A stretch of DNA of 64,000 nucleotides from Candidatus Latescibacterota bacterium (GTDB lineage: Bacteria; Latescibacterota; UBA2968). This document shows, in pieces, positions 10,158 to 21,078 of this stretch (positions within the stretch are counted from its first letter, which is position 1; each line of letters begins with the position of its first letter). The stretch is from contig OZ241986.1 in NCBI GenBank assembly GCA_965204375.1, positions 3,968,001 to 4,032,000 on the forward strand, in the 5' to 3' direction. The notes under the pieces are model-generated. The model was given only the letters and a program-made list of their open reading frames with translations. It searched no databases and was not told where the DNA came from. Both the position numbers and the translations under genes were made by a program.

Positions 10158-11440
10158 AACTTAAATTGCCAGGGGCTTATCTCGATGCCTTTCTTTACAG
10201 AGGGCATCTCTATTTGCTTACAGAAGAGAACACATTGCAAGTACTCGACTGGAATAGATTGATAGAACGCGTTTTCCCTGCACCAGATAGAAGTGGAATT
10301 GATCCATTAGCTGCTATGATATGGACCAATAATTCGTTAGTCCATAAACATAGGAATCTCATAGATAAACATAGAAATCTCATAGATTGGACTCAATATG
10401 ACGAGTTCAAAAACATGCCACTCAAAAATCTTCAGAGGATGAATGATACTGTTCTTTACCCTGAAGAGAATGAATGCAATGAATTTAATCTGGGGCCTGA
10501 GAGGTTTCACACGCTTGAACTTTACCATTCTCATGTATGGCTGCTCGGCGAAAAAGGTGTCAGTTATGTGAAGACAGGGCCGGGACATGTTAAGGGAAAA
10601 TGCTCCAATATCTATCGAGTACTCGATGATTGTGCCTATTCTCTCGGCGCAAGATCGGACATGCTATGGGTCACGTCACCCGATTTGGTACATGTTATAT
10701 CTATCCGCGATATTTCGCCAAGACGTGTGAAAGTGGAATTTGGAGAAGAGAATTCCTTATCCATTTCGGCAAACCACATCGGATGGCACTGGGAAGATGC
10801 CGTGATGACCTCAGATTTTGACTTTCATACGAGTATCTGGATGCGTGTCTCTCGCCAAAATGTCAGTGCCCAAAAAGTCATGGATGCTGATCCAGTCTAT
10901 ACAAATCGCGAGCAAATTTTAGAGGAGTACTCTACAGGGAAGGAAGTACCTACTGAAACAAAGAACGCTTCCTTTTACGAGATCGCACCTGATATCGGAA
11001 AATCTCAGCGACTCTACTGTAGCAGAGAACGAGCTGTGGGCGTATCACCTGATCACTCTGTGCAGGCTTTCAATTGGGGATTCGATCTTAAAACCGAACA
11101 AAACGGGCTTTCAGCTTATACGATTTCAAATCCCAATGTAGAACGTGTGCTCATTGGTACTTTTGGATGGATCATTGAAGAAACATCAGGTGTTCTTTTG
11201 ATAGATAAAATTAAGAAGAGAAGATTATATAACAAGGAACCGACGCAAGTCCGTACATTCCCATCTGCTCATTGGTATGAAAACCTGGTTCTCATCGTAG
11301 GTGATGAGGATATCGAAGTTATCGCAATTCTCGATTATGACTTTCTAATACCCAAGAAATTGCAAGACGTCAATATTGGTAGAAAATCGGAATATTTCTT
11401 AGATAGTTACAGACAATATTCTGCAGGCGGTGGTTTTTAG
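10145..11440 (+). CDS. Hypothetical beta-rich protein, 431 aa
   Basis: Long AT-richer ORF with RBS GGGGGAG; internal 21-bp tandem duplication at 10344-10385. Confidence 0.7.
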   Translation: MQFLKLKLPGAYLDAFLYRGHLYLLTEENTLQVLDWNRLIERVFPAPDRSGIDPLAAMIWTNNSLVHKHRNLIDKHRNLIDWTQYDEFKNMPLKNLQRMNDTVLYPEENECNEFNLGPERFHTLELYHSHVWLLGEKGVSYVKTGPGHVKGKCSNIYRVLDDCAYSLGARSDMLWVTSPDLVHVISIRDISPRRVKVEFGEENSLSISANHIGWHWEDAVMTSDFDFHTSIWMRVSRQNVSAQKVMDADPVYTNREQILEEYSTGKEVPTETKNASFYEIAPDIGKSQRLYCSRERAVGVSPDHSVQAFNWGFDLKTEQNGLSAYTISNPNVERVLIGTFGWIIEETSGVLLIDKIKKRRLYNKEPTQVRTFPSAHWYENLVLIVGDEDIEVIAILDYDFLIPKKLQDVNIGRKSEYFLDSYRQYSAGGGF

Positions 11441-11471
11441 TGCTACTTATAACTCCTTTGCGACCCTACTG

Positions 11472-13565
11472 ATGCTCTCAAACTTAAACCAGCCCTTGCG
11501 AACCCTGCCGGGCATTGGACTAAAGCGCGAAAAAGTATTGGAAAACGCAGGCATCGCCACCGTGGGCGACCTCCTATTGTATGTGCCCTATCGGTACATA
11601 GATCGATCCACCGAAGTCGGAATCGCACACCTGCCACTGGATGGGGAAGTCACCGCAGTAGGCGAAATCGTAAGCATGCAGATAATCCCCGGCAAGCGTC
11701 GGCGATTCGTCATGACAGTCGAAGACCAGACCGGATCGGTCGCCTGTACGTGGTTCGGAGGCATACAATACCTCAAAAACGCATACCGCGCGGGCGACAT
11801 CGTAGCACTGGGAGGAAAATTGACGCGATTCGGGCGCACCTTGCAAATGGTACACCCCGAAATAGAAGTTCTCGCAAACGAAGACGACGACAATCAGCGG
11901 CTGCATACCGGACGCATCATCCCGCTGTATTCCACCACATCAAAAATGAAAGCAGACCGCCTCACAGCCCGCGCACTTCGCCGTCTCTTATTCGCCGCGC
12001 TACAAACCGTTGGAGATCAGATTGAAGACCCATTGGATGAAAACATACGCAAACGCTGTGGCATAATGCCCCTGCGAGACGCAATTGAAAAAATCCATTT
12101 CCCGGACACAACAGCGGACATAGACACTGCGCGGCAGCGCCTATCTTTTGATGAAATTTTCTATATCCAGCTTTACCTTGGACACGCAAAAAAACTGCGC
12201 CAGCGCACACCCGGGCGCGTTCTGACATGCAACGGCTCGCTAACGCGGCAACTCGTGGCAAATCTACCCTTCAAACTAACGCATGCACAAACGCACGCCA
12301 TTGCAGAAATCGGTCACGACTTACAGCATCCCGTAGCCATGCACCGCCTGTTACAGGGCGACGTGGGATCCGGCAAAACCCTCGTCGCCCTCCACGCCAT
12401 GTTATGTGCAGCAGACAGCGGCGCGCAAGCCGCCTTAATGGCACCCACAGAGATCTTAGCCGAACAACACGCCCACACCATACGAGAACTCGTCGCACCA
12501 TTGGGCTTAGACATAGCACTGGTGACAGGACGCATGCGAAAAGCGCAACGCGCCAAAATACTGGACGGATTGAGTTCTGGAAAAATAAAACTGACAGTCG
12601 GCACACATGCCCTGTTGCAAAACGACATCGCATTTGCCGACCTCGCACTCATCGTGGTCGATGAACAACACCGCTTTGGCGTGGTACAGCGCGCCATGCT
12701 GCGCGAAAAAGGCAATACACCCCATCTGCTGGTCATGACCGCCACCCCCATACCCAGATCCCTATCTCTGACCCTGTATGGCGATCTGGATGTCACCATC
12801 ATCGACGCCCTACCGCCTGGTCGCATCCCTGTACGCACGGGATGGCGTTATGCACAGGACCGCGCCCGAGCACTGCAATTTCTGCGCAGCGAACTGCAAC
12901 AAGGGCGTCAGGCATATATCGTCTATCCACTCGTATCCGAATCCGAAAAAAGCGACCTGCAAGCCGCCACCGCCGCCTTTGAAGACCTGCAAAAAGATGC
13001 ACTCTCCAACTTCCGATTGGGCTTGCTTCACGGACGGCTAAAACGCGACGAAAAAGAAACCACAATGTCTGCCTTCAGGCGCGGCGACCTGGATGCGCTG
13101 GTCACGACAACAGTTATCGAAGTCGGCGTCGATATACCCAACGCCACAGTCATGATGGTCGAACACGCCGAACGCTTTGGACTATCGCAATTGCACCAAT
13201 TGCGCGGACGCGTGGGCCGCGGTCAACATCAATCCTACTGCATCTTAATTGCAGACCCCCAGGACGCGCTATCGGATGACGCACGTGAACGCCTCGACGC
13301 CATGGCGCGAACAACGGACGGATTCGAAATCTCAGAAGCCGACTTGTGCATCCGGGGACCCGGACATATTTTTGGCACACAACAAGCCGGCTTCCCCAAA
13401 TTTCACTTTGCCGACCTCGCACGCGACGGCACCTTAATCACCGCCGCACGCCGAGAAGCACAGACACTCCTATCCCACGACCCAAATTTGACCGCGCATA
13501 CTGTTTTAAGACGAGAATTAGACGCAACCGCACTTCACGACATGCAAATTGTGGAAGCGGGATAA
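11472..13565 (+). CDS. recG: ATP-dependent DNA helicase RecG
   Basis: QGDVGSGKT, DEQHRFG, MTATPIPR and QLRGRVGRG motifs; wedge domain. Confidence 0.97.
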   Translation: MLSNLNQPLRTLPGIGLKREKVLENAGIATVGDLLLYVPYRYIDRSTEVGIAHLPLDGEVTAVGEIVSMQIIPGKRRRFVMTVEDQTGSVACTWFGGIQYLKNAYRAGDIVALGGKLTRFGRTLQMVHPEIEVLANEDDDNQRLHTGRIIPLYSTTSKMKADRLTARALRRLLFAALQTVGDQIEDPLDENIRKRCGIMPLRDAIEKIHFPDTTADIDTARQRLSFDEIFYIQLYLGHAKKLRQRTPGRVLTCNGSLTRQLVANLPFKLTHAQTHAIAEIGHDLQHPVAMHRLLQGDVGSGKTLVALHAMLCAADSGAQAALMAPTEILAEQHAHTIRELVAPLGLDIALVTGRMRKAQRAKILDGLSSGKIKLTVGTHALLQNDIAFADLALIVVDEQHRFGVVQRAMLREKGNTPHLLVMTATPIPRSLSLTLYGDLDVTIIDALPPGRIPVRTGWRYAQDRARALQFLRSELQQGRQAYIVYPLVSESEKSDLQAATAAFEDLQKDALSNFRLGLLHGRLKRDEKETTMSAFRRGDLDALVTTTVIEVGVDIPNATVMMVEHAERFGLSQLHQLRGRVGRGQHQSYCILIADPQDALSDDARERLDAMARTTDGFEISEADLCIRGPGHIFGTQQAGFPKFHFADLARDGTLITAARREAQTLLSHDPNLTAHTVLRRELDATALHDMQIVEAG

Positions 13566-13570
13566 CTGCT

Positions 13571-13660
13571 GAGAAGTGTGAAGGAAGAAGTGTGAAGTGT
13601 GAAGGAATACGAAGAAGGCGTGGGGCGGCGGGCTAACCGCTGACGGCTAACCGCTAATAG
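13571..13660 (+). repeat. Heptamer tandem repeats (GAAGTGT-type, then GCTAACC/GCTGACG-type)
   Basis: Read directly; similar tracts at 6394-6415, 22852-22887, 37737-37830 and 38564-38670. Confidence 0.7.
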
Positions 13661-13801
13661 TTGACACCCCTATTGTATTATGGTAGATTGATTCGGCATT
13701 CTTAGGCATACATCCATGTTCATCTGCGATCATCTGCGTTCAGGCTCGGATTACTCGCCTTCATTCTGCGGATGTTTCTTTATTGCCCCGGAAACTGACT
13801 G

Positions 13802-14776
13802 ATGAATCATGAGCTGCGCATTGCGTTGCTTGGCACGATTAACCGCGACACGATTCACACCGCCGATGGCGTGACAACCGAAAGCTACGGCGGTTTGTTG
13901 TACAGCATCCTGGCATTGGCTGAGATCGCGTCTTCTGATGTGGTGATTTATCCGATCTGCAACGCAGGAGCAGACATAGAAGCCGTGGTGCGAGAAAAAC
14001 TCGCGCCATATCCACACGTCAAATACGACGGCATTCAATTTGTATCGGGCAAAAATCCCCATTGCTTTTTGGATTACGACGCAAACGGGCGCAAACGCGA
14101 AACCCTGCACAACGATGTCCCGCAAATCTCTTTTTCACAAATTGAACCATTTTTAGACTGCGACGCGATATGCTTTAATTTCATCACCGGGATGGAACTC
14201 GCCCTCGAAACCGCACAACGCGTGCGTCGTTTCGCCACCGGTTTGCTATTGATGGATGTCCACAGTTTAACCCTGGGCATGGACGAAAAACGCCGCCGAT
14301 TCTGGCGCGTGCCCCCGAAGTGGAAAAAATGGATGGGATGCGTAGATGTCGTACAAATGAATGAACAAGAGGGCGCTTTACTCGCCAACGAAACACTGGA
14401 TAGCAAAGACGCAACACGCCGTTTTGCAAAACAAGTATTATGCGCGGGACCTTCAGTATTGATGATCACGCGCAGCGACCGCGGTTCTGAAACAATTTCT
14501 CAAAATGACCGCTCAGACATTGTGATCGACAAATTCGATCCCGCGCCCATCACTGAACCCTGTGACGAAACCGGATGTGGCGACACCTTTTTAATGGGAT
14601 ATACCTGGGCCTTCTTGCAAACGGGCAACCGCGCCTTTGCCAGTCGTTTTGCCAATCGAGTGGCGGGTATCAACGTGTGTTTGCGCGGCATTGAAGGCAT
14701 TGCAAAAATAAGCCAATTCCTAAACCCCGAAGACCTGCCTGTGGGGACACGCAGACAGGTCAATCTGCCGTATTAA
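13802..14776 (+). CDS. PfkB-family carbohydrate kinase
   Basis: DETGCGDTF PfkB signature; NEQE motif. Confidence 0.8.
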   Translation: MNHELRIALLGTINRDTIHTADGVTTESYGGLLYSILALAEIASSDVVIYPICNAGADIEAVVREKLAPYPHVKYDGIQFVSGKNPHCFLDYDANGRKRETLHNDVPQISFSQIEPFLDCDAICFNFITGMELALETAQRVRRFATGLLLMDVHSLTLGMDEKRRRFWRVPPKWKKWMGCVDVVQMNEQEGALLANETLDSKDATRRFAKQVLCAGPSVLMITRSDRGSETISQNDRSDIVIDKFDPAPITEPCDETGCGDTFLMGYTWAFLQTGNRAFASRFANRVAGINVCLRGIEGIAKISQFLNPEDLPVGTRRQVNLPY

Positions 14777-14810
14777 ACGGCATTCTCCCCGGTCCTGAAA
14801 GGAGGGCCTG

Positions 14811-15785
14811 ATGCAAGAATATCAATTTCCAAATCGTCCAAATTTCGACTTGCAATTCAACCCCAAGTTCATCTATTACGGGTTAATTGTACTGGCATTG
14901 CTCTGGTTGGCCAGTGGCATCTATACAGTGCGGCAAGATGAGCAAGCAGTCGTATTTCAATTCGGACGAGCGGTAAGCCTGGAAGATCCTGGCATCCACT
15001 ACCACTGGCCCACACCCATTCAGCGCGTTGAAAAAGAGCGCGTATCAGAGGTAAAACGCCTCGAAGTCGGTTTTCGCACCATCAGCGTGAGCCCCACGCC
15101 GAGATACCAGAAGGTCTCAGCCGAATCCGCAATGTTGACCGGCGACGAGAATATCGTCGATGTAGAACTAATCGTTCAGTATCGCATCCGCGATTTGGAG
15201 AACTATTTGTTCCAGGTCAACGACCAGCGAAAAGCCATCAAAGACGTGACCGAGGCCGCATTGCGCCAGGTCGTTGGGCAGCGCACCATCGACGAGGCTC
15301 TCACAGAGGGCAAGCTGGAAATTCAAGAAGAGATTCTGAAACAGGTTCAAGAAGTCCTGGATATCTACGAAATTGGCGTGCGCGTCGATCAAGCCAAATT
15401 GCAGACCGTATCTGTACCCCAGGAAGTCGATCACGCATTTAAGGACGTCGCCAATGCGCGAGAAGACAAAGAACGTCTCCGCAACGAAGCCGAAGCCTAT
15501 CGCAATGACATCATCCCGAAAACGCGCGGTGAAGCCGAAAAAATGATCCGAGAAGCCGAAGCCTATAAAGTCGAGCGAGTCAAGCGCTCTCAAGGCGATG
15601 CAGACCGCTTCGTCGAGGTACTCAAAGAATATCGCACCGCAAAAGACGTGACCGAAACGCGAATGTACCTCGAAACAATGGAAAAAATCCTGCCCGGCAT
15701 ACAAAAATTCGTCGTCGAATCCGACGGCAAGGGCGGCATTCTCAACGTTCTCAACCTGCAAAAGCCATTAGGAGGAGGAAATTGA
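14811..15785 (+). CDS. hflK: FtsH modulator HflK
   Basis: TM plus SPFH domain; MLTGDENIV and TRMYLETME motifs. Confidence 0.95.
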   Translation: MQEYQFPNRPNFDLQFNPKFIYYGLIVLALLWLASGIYTVRQDEQAVVFQFGRAVSLEDPGIHYHWPTPIQRVEKERVSEVKRLEVGFRTISVSPTPRYQKVSAESAMLTGDENIVDVELIVQYRIRDLENYLFQVNDQRKAIKDVTEAALRQVVGQRTIDEALTEGKLEIQEEILKQVQEVLDIYEIGVRVDQAKLQTVSVPQEVDHAFKDVANAREDKERLRNEAEAYRNDIIPKTRGEAEKMIREAEAYKVERVKRSQGDADRFVEVLKEYRTAKDVTETRMYLETMEKILPGIQKFVVESDGKGGILNVLNLQKPLGGGN

Positions 15786-15786
15786 T

Positions 15787-16647
15787 ATGCGCAACCTCGT
15801 AACTCTGGTGGTCATTTTGATAGCAGCGGTTATCTTAATTCAATCATCGTGTTATATCGTGGATGAACGCAAACAGGTCGTCGTCACAGAATTTGGGCAA
15901 CCCGTACGCACCGTACAGTCCCCGGGCCTGCATTTTAAAATTCCGTTTATCCAGCAATTGCACACCTTCGAAGATCGCCTGCTGTACAGCGATGCCGATC
16001 CCAGACAAATTTACACACAGGACAAGAAAAACCTCATCGTCGATAATTTTGCCCGCTGGCGCATCACAGATCCACTCAAGTTTCTGGTATCTGTGCAAAA
16101 TGTCTCCTATGCACAATCGCGCCTGGACGACATCATTTTTTCAGCGGTACGCGAAGAACTCGGGCAACGCACGCTGGTCGAGATCGTAGTTACGCACCGC
16201 GAGGATATCATGAAGACAGTGACAGAGCGCTCCCACGAGGCAGCACTCGGACTGGGCATTGATATCCTCGATGTGCGGATTAAGCGCGCAGACCTGCCGC
16301 GCGAAAACAAAAACAACGTGTTTGAACGCATGCGCGCCGAACGCGAACGGCAGGCCAAAGAATACCGCGCCGAAGGTGAAGAAGAGGCTCTGAAAATTCG
16401 CGCGGAAGCCGACCTCGAAGTCGCGCGCCTCAAATCCGAAGCCCTGCAAAAATCGCAGTTAATTCGCGGCGAAGGCGATGCCGAAGCATTGCGTATCTAT
16501 GCCGATGCCTTTGAACAAGACCCCCGTTTTTTTCAATTCTGGCGCACCCTCGAAGCCTATGAAAAAACCCTGGGCGAAGGAACGACCGTCGTGATGCCTC
16601 CCACCAGCGATTTCTTCAAGTACCTGACCCAAAAGCGTCCGCGGTAG
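15787..16647 (+). CDS. hflC: FtsH modulator HflC
   Basis: SPFH domain; RMRAERER and FFQFWRTLEAY motifs; follows hflK. Confidence 0.95.
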   Translation: MRNLVTLVVILIAAVILIQSSCYIVDERKQVVVTEFGQPVRTVQSPGLHFKIPFIQQLHTFEDRLLYSDADPRQIYTQDKKNLIVDNFARWRITDPLKFLVSVQNVSYAQSRLDDIIFSAVREELGQRTLVEIVVTHREDIMKTVTERSHEAALGLGIDILDVRIKRADLPRENKNNVFERMRAERERQAKEYRAEGEEEALKIRAEADLEVARLKSEALQKSQLIRGEGDAEALRIYADAFEQDPRFFQFWRTLEAYEKTLGEGTTVVMPPTSDFFKYLTQKRPR

Positions 16648-16653
16648 GGATGG

Positions 16654-16686
16654 CCCGCAGTGGGCGGGTACAGGTCCGCCCACTGC
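16654..16686 (+). terminator. GC-rich hairpin after hflC
   Basis: CGCAGTGGGCGG...CCGCCCACTGCG inverted repeat; no clear U-tract, so it may be a REP or an mRNA stabiliser. Confidence 0.4.
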
Positions 16687-16705
16687 GCCTCAACGAGGCA
16701 ATCCC

Positions 16706-17638
16706 ATGTCTGCCCGTTTAACGAAAATCTCGTATCTCTGCTTTCTCCTCCTCTTCTCTTTTTCCGCAGCAAACGCGACAGAATGGCACAGATTTGAACG
16801 CGATGGCCTCGCCTTACACCTCGCGCATAACAATGCGGTTCGGGCAGGGGAATTGTTGAACGCACTCCTTATTGGACGCAATGAAATCCGGCGCAAACTG
16901 GGCGGTGCCCCCGAAATACCCATAGAGGTTTATCTCGCACCGGACGAAGCTGTTTTTCGAGAATTGACACACGGGCGGTTGCCTCATTGGAGCGCGGGAG
17001 TTGCATTTCTCGAATCGCGCACCATTGTTCTGCAAGCCAGCGCCGACAATTTGCTACAGGTTGCGCGGCACGAATTTGCCCATATATTTTTGCACGCCAT
17101 CGCGCCATCGCGCGTGCCCGTCTGGTTTCACGAAGGCGTGGCGATGTGGGCGTCGCACGAGTGGCGTTTGCGACAAAGCGCGGCTGTGTTTTACGCGGTC
17201 TTTTCCGAAAACTTAATCCCGCTCTCCGAAATTGACGAAGTCCTATCTTTCCCCTCGGCAAAAGCCGACCTGGCCTACACGGAAAGTTTGCTGGCAGTCT
17301 CTTTTTTGATCCGTTTGGGCGGTCCCAATGCCGTAGTCGTCATGCTTTCCGAACTGGAAGCAGATGCGCCCTTTGAAGTCGCACTATTTCGCGTAACTGG
17401 CGAAACGCCCCGCGAATTTGAACGGCGATGGCGCGATGATGTACAGGCGCGATTCAGTCTGATGACACTACTCTTTTCGCCCGATTTGATCTGGCTGTAT
17501 CTCACCTTGCTCTTGCTGCTCGCCTATATATGCGTGAGACTGCGGAATCGCGCGACCTTGCGGCGGTGGGAAGCCGAAGATGCAGCCGAGGAATTGACCT
17601 TACAATTGCGCGTATATCGCCGAGAGGACGAGCAGTGA
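16706..17638 (+). CDS. Peptidase MA-like zinc metallohydrolase, exported with C-terminal TM
   Basis: Signal peptide, HEFAH, PVWFHEGVA. Confidence 0.8.
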   Translation: MSARLTKISYLCFLLLFSFSAANATEWHRFERDGLALHLAHNNAVRAGELLNALLIGRNEIRRKLGGAPEIPIEVYLAPDEAVFRELTHGRLPHWSAGVAFLESRTIVLQASADNLLQVARHEFAHIFLHAIAPSRVPVWFHEGVAMWASHEWRLRQSAAVFYAVFSENLIPLSEIDEVLSFPSAKADLAYTESLLAVSFLIRLGGPNAVVVMLSELEADAPFEVALFRVTGETPREFERRWRDDVQARFSLMTLLFSPDLIWLYLTLLLLLAYICVRLRNRATLRRWEAEDAAEELTLQLRVYRREDEQ

Positions 17639-18237
17639 TCATAGGCGTAACAGGAGGCATTGGCGCGGGAAAAAGCACCGTATGCGCCGTATTTGAAAAA
17701 GCTGGCGCGCACATAATCGACGCCGATGCAACAGGTCACGAAGTACTCCGCGACCCAATTGTAATTCGCAACCTATCCGATGTGTTTGGACGAGAGATTC
17801 TGGATTCCGACGGACAAATCGCACGCCGGAAATTGGGCAAACGGGCCTTCGCCTCTGACAAAAACCGCGAAAAACTCAACACCATCGTGTGGCAACCGCT
17901 ACGGCAATTGTTGCTGGACAAAATTCACGCCGCTCTGGATAGAGAACCCACACGCCCCGTAGTTGTGGATGCAGCCCTGCTGGTCGAGCGCGGCGATCCG
18001 AAAAAAATCGTCGATGTACTCGTCGTTGTAACAGCCCCCGAATCCTTGCGAATTCAGCGGACAATGGCGCGATTGGGCATCTCCAAAGCCGAAGTTGTGG
18101 CGCGACTATCCGCACAATTGCCCGAAGAAAACAAAGTCGCGGTCGCGGATTTTGTCGTAGTCAATGACAAAACACCCGCCGTGTGTCGCCAGCGCGCGCG
18201 GGCTATTTGGAACAAATTGCAATGTGAGGAGAGATGA
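17635..18237 (+). CDS. coaE: Dephospho-CoA kinase
   Basis: IGVTGGIGAGKST, IIDAD; GTG start overlapping the upstream stop. Confidence 0.93.
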   Translation: MIIGVTGGIGAGKSTVCAVFEKAGAHIIDADATGHEVLRDPIVIRNLSDVFGREILDSDGQIARRKLGKRAFASDKNREKLNTIVWQPLRQLLLDKIHAALDREPTRPVVVDAALLVERGDPKKIVDVLVVVTAPESLRIQRTMARLGISKAEVVARLSAQLPEENKVAVADFVVVNDKTPAVCRQRARAIWNKLQCEER

Positions 18238-19565
18238 ATTACACGCCACATACAGAACGCGATATTCAGCACATGCTCAACGTGATCGGAGTAGCATCCA
18301 CTGATGATCTATTTGCCCCCGTTCCCGAATCACTACGTCTGAACACACTCAATTTGCCCCCTGGAATCAGTGAAATGGAAGCGATGGCCTTTGTGCAATC
18401 GCTAACCGATTGTGGGAGCGAGACACCCCTATCGTTTTTGGGCGGAGGTGCTTACGATCACTTTTCGCCGAGCGTGGTCGATGCTATCATTTCGCGAGGC
18501 GAATTTTTTACAGCCTACACGCCCTATCAGCCCGAGGTGAGCCAGGGAACCCTTCGGGCTATTTTTGAATTTCAATCCATGATTTGTGAACTCACCAACA
18601 TGGAAGTCGCCAATGCGTCCATGTACGACGGCGCTTCTGCACTGGCCGAAGCCGTACTTATGTCAGTCCGTCTGAACAACCGTACACGCGTCTTATTGCC
18701 GCGCAGCCTGCATCCATTTTACCGCCAGGTGGTAGCGACCTATGTGCGGGGTATAGACCTCGAACTCGTGGATATTCCCTGGTCTGACTCCGGCGCACTG
18801 GACATGTCCGCTTTGAAGTGCGAATTAAACGACAATACCGCTGCCGTAGTCGTACAAAATCCGAATTTTTTGGGCGTGCTCGAACGCCTGTACGAAATTG
18901 GCGACCTCGTCAACAATACCAGAACAGCTTTTATAGCCTGCGTCAACCCCATATCCCTGAGCGCAATTCGCCCACCGGGCGACTTCGGCGCCGATATTGT
19001 CGTAGGCGATGGACAGCCATTGGGCCTGCCCCTGTCTTACGGGGGTCCTTACGTCGGCTTTTTTGCATCTCGGGAGAGCCATGTGCGAAAAATGCCCGGT
19101 CGCATCTGCGGCCAGACCACCGACGTAGATGGCAAACGCGGCTTTGTACTGACATTGCAAACCCGCGAACAACACATCCGACGCGAACGCGCCACATCGA
19201 ACATCTGCACCAACCAGACCCTTTGTGCAACCGCAGCAACCGTGTACCTATCCTCAATCGGACCGCAGGGCTTCCGCGAAGTTGGCGAACTGAACTGGCA
19301 TCAAAGCCATCGCGCATTGCAGGCGTTGACCGCTTTAGACGGGGTGCGCCAGAAATTCTCCGGTCCAATATTTAACGAATTCGTTCTGGAAACAGACCGC
19401 AAAGCATCCGATATCCTGACCGCTTTGCAACATCGGGGCATTGAAGCCGGCATCGACCTGGGCCGATTTTATCCCGAACTCGAAAATTGTATTCTCACAT
19501 GTGTCACGGAAAAACGCACAGACGCCGACATTGATCGCCTCATCGATGCGTGGAGGACATTGTAA
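18234..19565 (+). CDS. gcvPA: Glycine dehydrogenase (decarboxylating) subunit 1
   Basis: TAYTPYQPEVSQG, NASMYDG and TREQHIRRERATSNICTNQ motifs. Confidence 0.96.
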   Translation: MNYTPHTERDIQHMLNVIGVASTDDLFAPVPESLRLNTLNLPPGISEMEAMAFVQSLTDCGSETPLSFLGGGAYDHFSPSVVDAIISRGEFFTAYTPYQPEVSQGTLRAIFEFQSMICELTNMEVANASMYDGASALAEAVLMSVRLNNRTRVLLPRSLHPFYRQVVATYVRGIDLELVDIPWSDSGALDMSALKCELNDNTAAVVVQNPNFLGVLERLYEIGDLVNNTRTAFIACVNPISLSAIRPPGDFGADIVVGDGQPLGLPLSYGGPYVGFFASRESHVRKMPGRICGQTTDVDGKRGFVLTLQTREQHIRRERATSNICTNQTLCATAATVYLSSIGPQGFREVGELNWHQSHRALQALTALDGVRQKFSGPIFNEFVLETDRKASDILTALQHRGIEAGIDLGRFYPELENCILTCVTEKRTDADIDRLIDAWRTL

Positions 19566-21013
19566 TGGATCGCGATATATTGATCTTTGAACGCGGCGCG
19601 CCGGACCGACGCTGTGTCGCATTTCCCGCTGCCGTGGATTCCGGAACAGCAATACCCGAAACCATGCGCCGCGATGTGCCCCCCGGCCTCCCCGAAGTGA
19701 GCGAACTGGAACTCGTGCGCCACTACACCGCGCTTTCACAGATGAACTTCAGCATCGACACGCATTTTTATCCCCTGGGATCCTGCACCATGAAATACAA
19801 TCCCAGAGTACACGAAAAAGCGGCGCGTATCCCGCAGATCGCGGGATTGCATCCCCTATCGGAAAACGCCCAACCCGCCCTGCAAATCTTATGGGAAATG
19901 GAACAAGTACTCAAAGCCGTCAGCGGAATGGATGGATTCACCTTTCAACCCACAGCCGGGGCGCAGGGCGAATTTGTGGGCATATCACTGATCGCCGCCT
20001 ATCACAGGGCACAGGGCAACGCCAAAAAAGTAGTACTCATCCCCGACTCTGCCCACGGCACAAACCCGGCAACCGCAGCAATCTGCGGATATGCAGTACA
20101 GGCAATTAAATCAACAGAACGCGGCACAGTCGATGTAGAAGACCTCAAGACGCACTTGACCGAAGACGTAGCCGGATTGATGTTGACCAACCCCAACACA
20201 TTTGGCGTATTTGAAGACGAAATTGAAGACATCGCCGCGTTAGTACACGACGCGGGCGGCCTATTGTATTACGACGGCGCAAACCTGAATGCCTTTCTGG
20301 GGCAATGTCGCCCCGGCGACATGGGCTTTGACGTTGTACACATCAACCTGCACAAAACATTTACCACGCCCCACGGTGGCGGAGGACCCGGCTCTGGTCC
20401 CGTAGGCGTAACAAAGGCACTCCTGCCATTCTTACCCCTGCCCGTAGTCGCAAAAGAAGGCGATACATTCAAGCTCGACTTTGACCGCCCGGAATCCATC
20501 GGCAAAGTGAGTTCATTCTACGGCAATTTTGGCATGGTCATACGCGCATTGGTCTATGCCAAAATGCTCGGCGCAGAAGGCATGCGCCGCACCAGTGAAA
20601 TGGCCGTCTTGAATGCCAATTACATCGCGGCAAAACTCGACCCCCACTACGACCGCCCCAAAAATGCACAACCCATGCACGAAATGGTATTCTCGGCATC
20701 GCGACAAAAAAAGGCGAACGGGATTACCGCAACCGACATCGCCAAACGGCTGATCGACTACGGCGTCCATCCGCCCACCATTTACTTTCCCCTGCCCAAC
20801 GTAGCACCCGAAACCATGCTCATCGAACCAACCGAAACCGAAAGCCTCGAACAGGTCAACGACTTTATCAAAGCCATGATTCAAATAGCAAAAGAAGCCG
20901 AAGAAAACCCCGACCTGCTCAAAGAAGCCCCCCACGCAACGCCCGTGCGAAGACTGGACGAAGCAACCGCCGCGCGAAAACCCATCCTTCGGTTCAAAAC
21001 CAATAACCCTTGA
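19565..21013 (+). CDS. gcvPB: Glycine dehydrogenase (decarboxylating) subunit 2
   Basis: PLGSCTMKYNP, NLHKTFTTPHGGGGPG and IEPTETES motifs. Confidence 0.96.
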   Translation: MDRDILIFERGAPDRRCVAFPAAVDSGTAIPETMRRDVPPGLPEVSELELVRHYTALSQMNFSIDTHFYPLGSCTMKYNPRVHEKAARIPQIAGLHPLSENAQPALQILWEMEQVLKAVSGMDGFTFQPTAGAQGEFVGISLIAAYHRAQGNAKKVVLIPDSAHGTNPATAAICGYAVQAIKSTERGTVDVEDLKTHLTEDVAGLMLTNPNTFGVFEDEIEDIAALVHDAGGLLYYDGANLNAFLGQCRPGDMGFDVVHINLHKTFTTPHGGGGPGSGPVGVTKALLPFLPLPVVAKEGDTFKLDFDRPESIGKVSSFYGNFGMVIRALVYAKMLGAEGMRRTSEMAVLNANYIAAKLDPHYDRPKNAQPMHEMVFSASRQKKANGITATDIAKRLIDYGVHPPTIYFPLPNVAPETMLIEPTETESLEQVNDFIKAMIQIAKEAEENPDLLKEAPHATPVRRLDEATAARKPILRFKTNNP

Positions 21014-21052
21014 CATATTCAAATACCCAACTATATTCCCTGGGGAATATAG
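21010..21052 (+). promoter_or_regulatory. Sigma-70-type promoter with overlapping palindromic operator
   Basis: TTGACA (21010) and TATATT (21032); perfect inverted repeat CTATATTCCC-TG-GGGAATATAG at 21031-21052. Confidence 0.65.
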
Positions 21053-21078
21053 CTTGTTGATCTCTCCAGGAGCTATCC

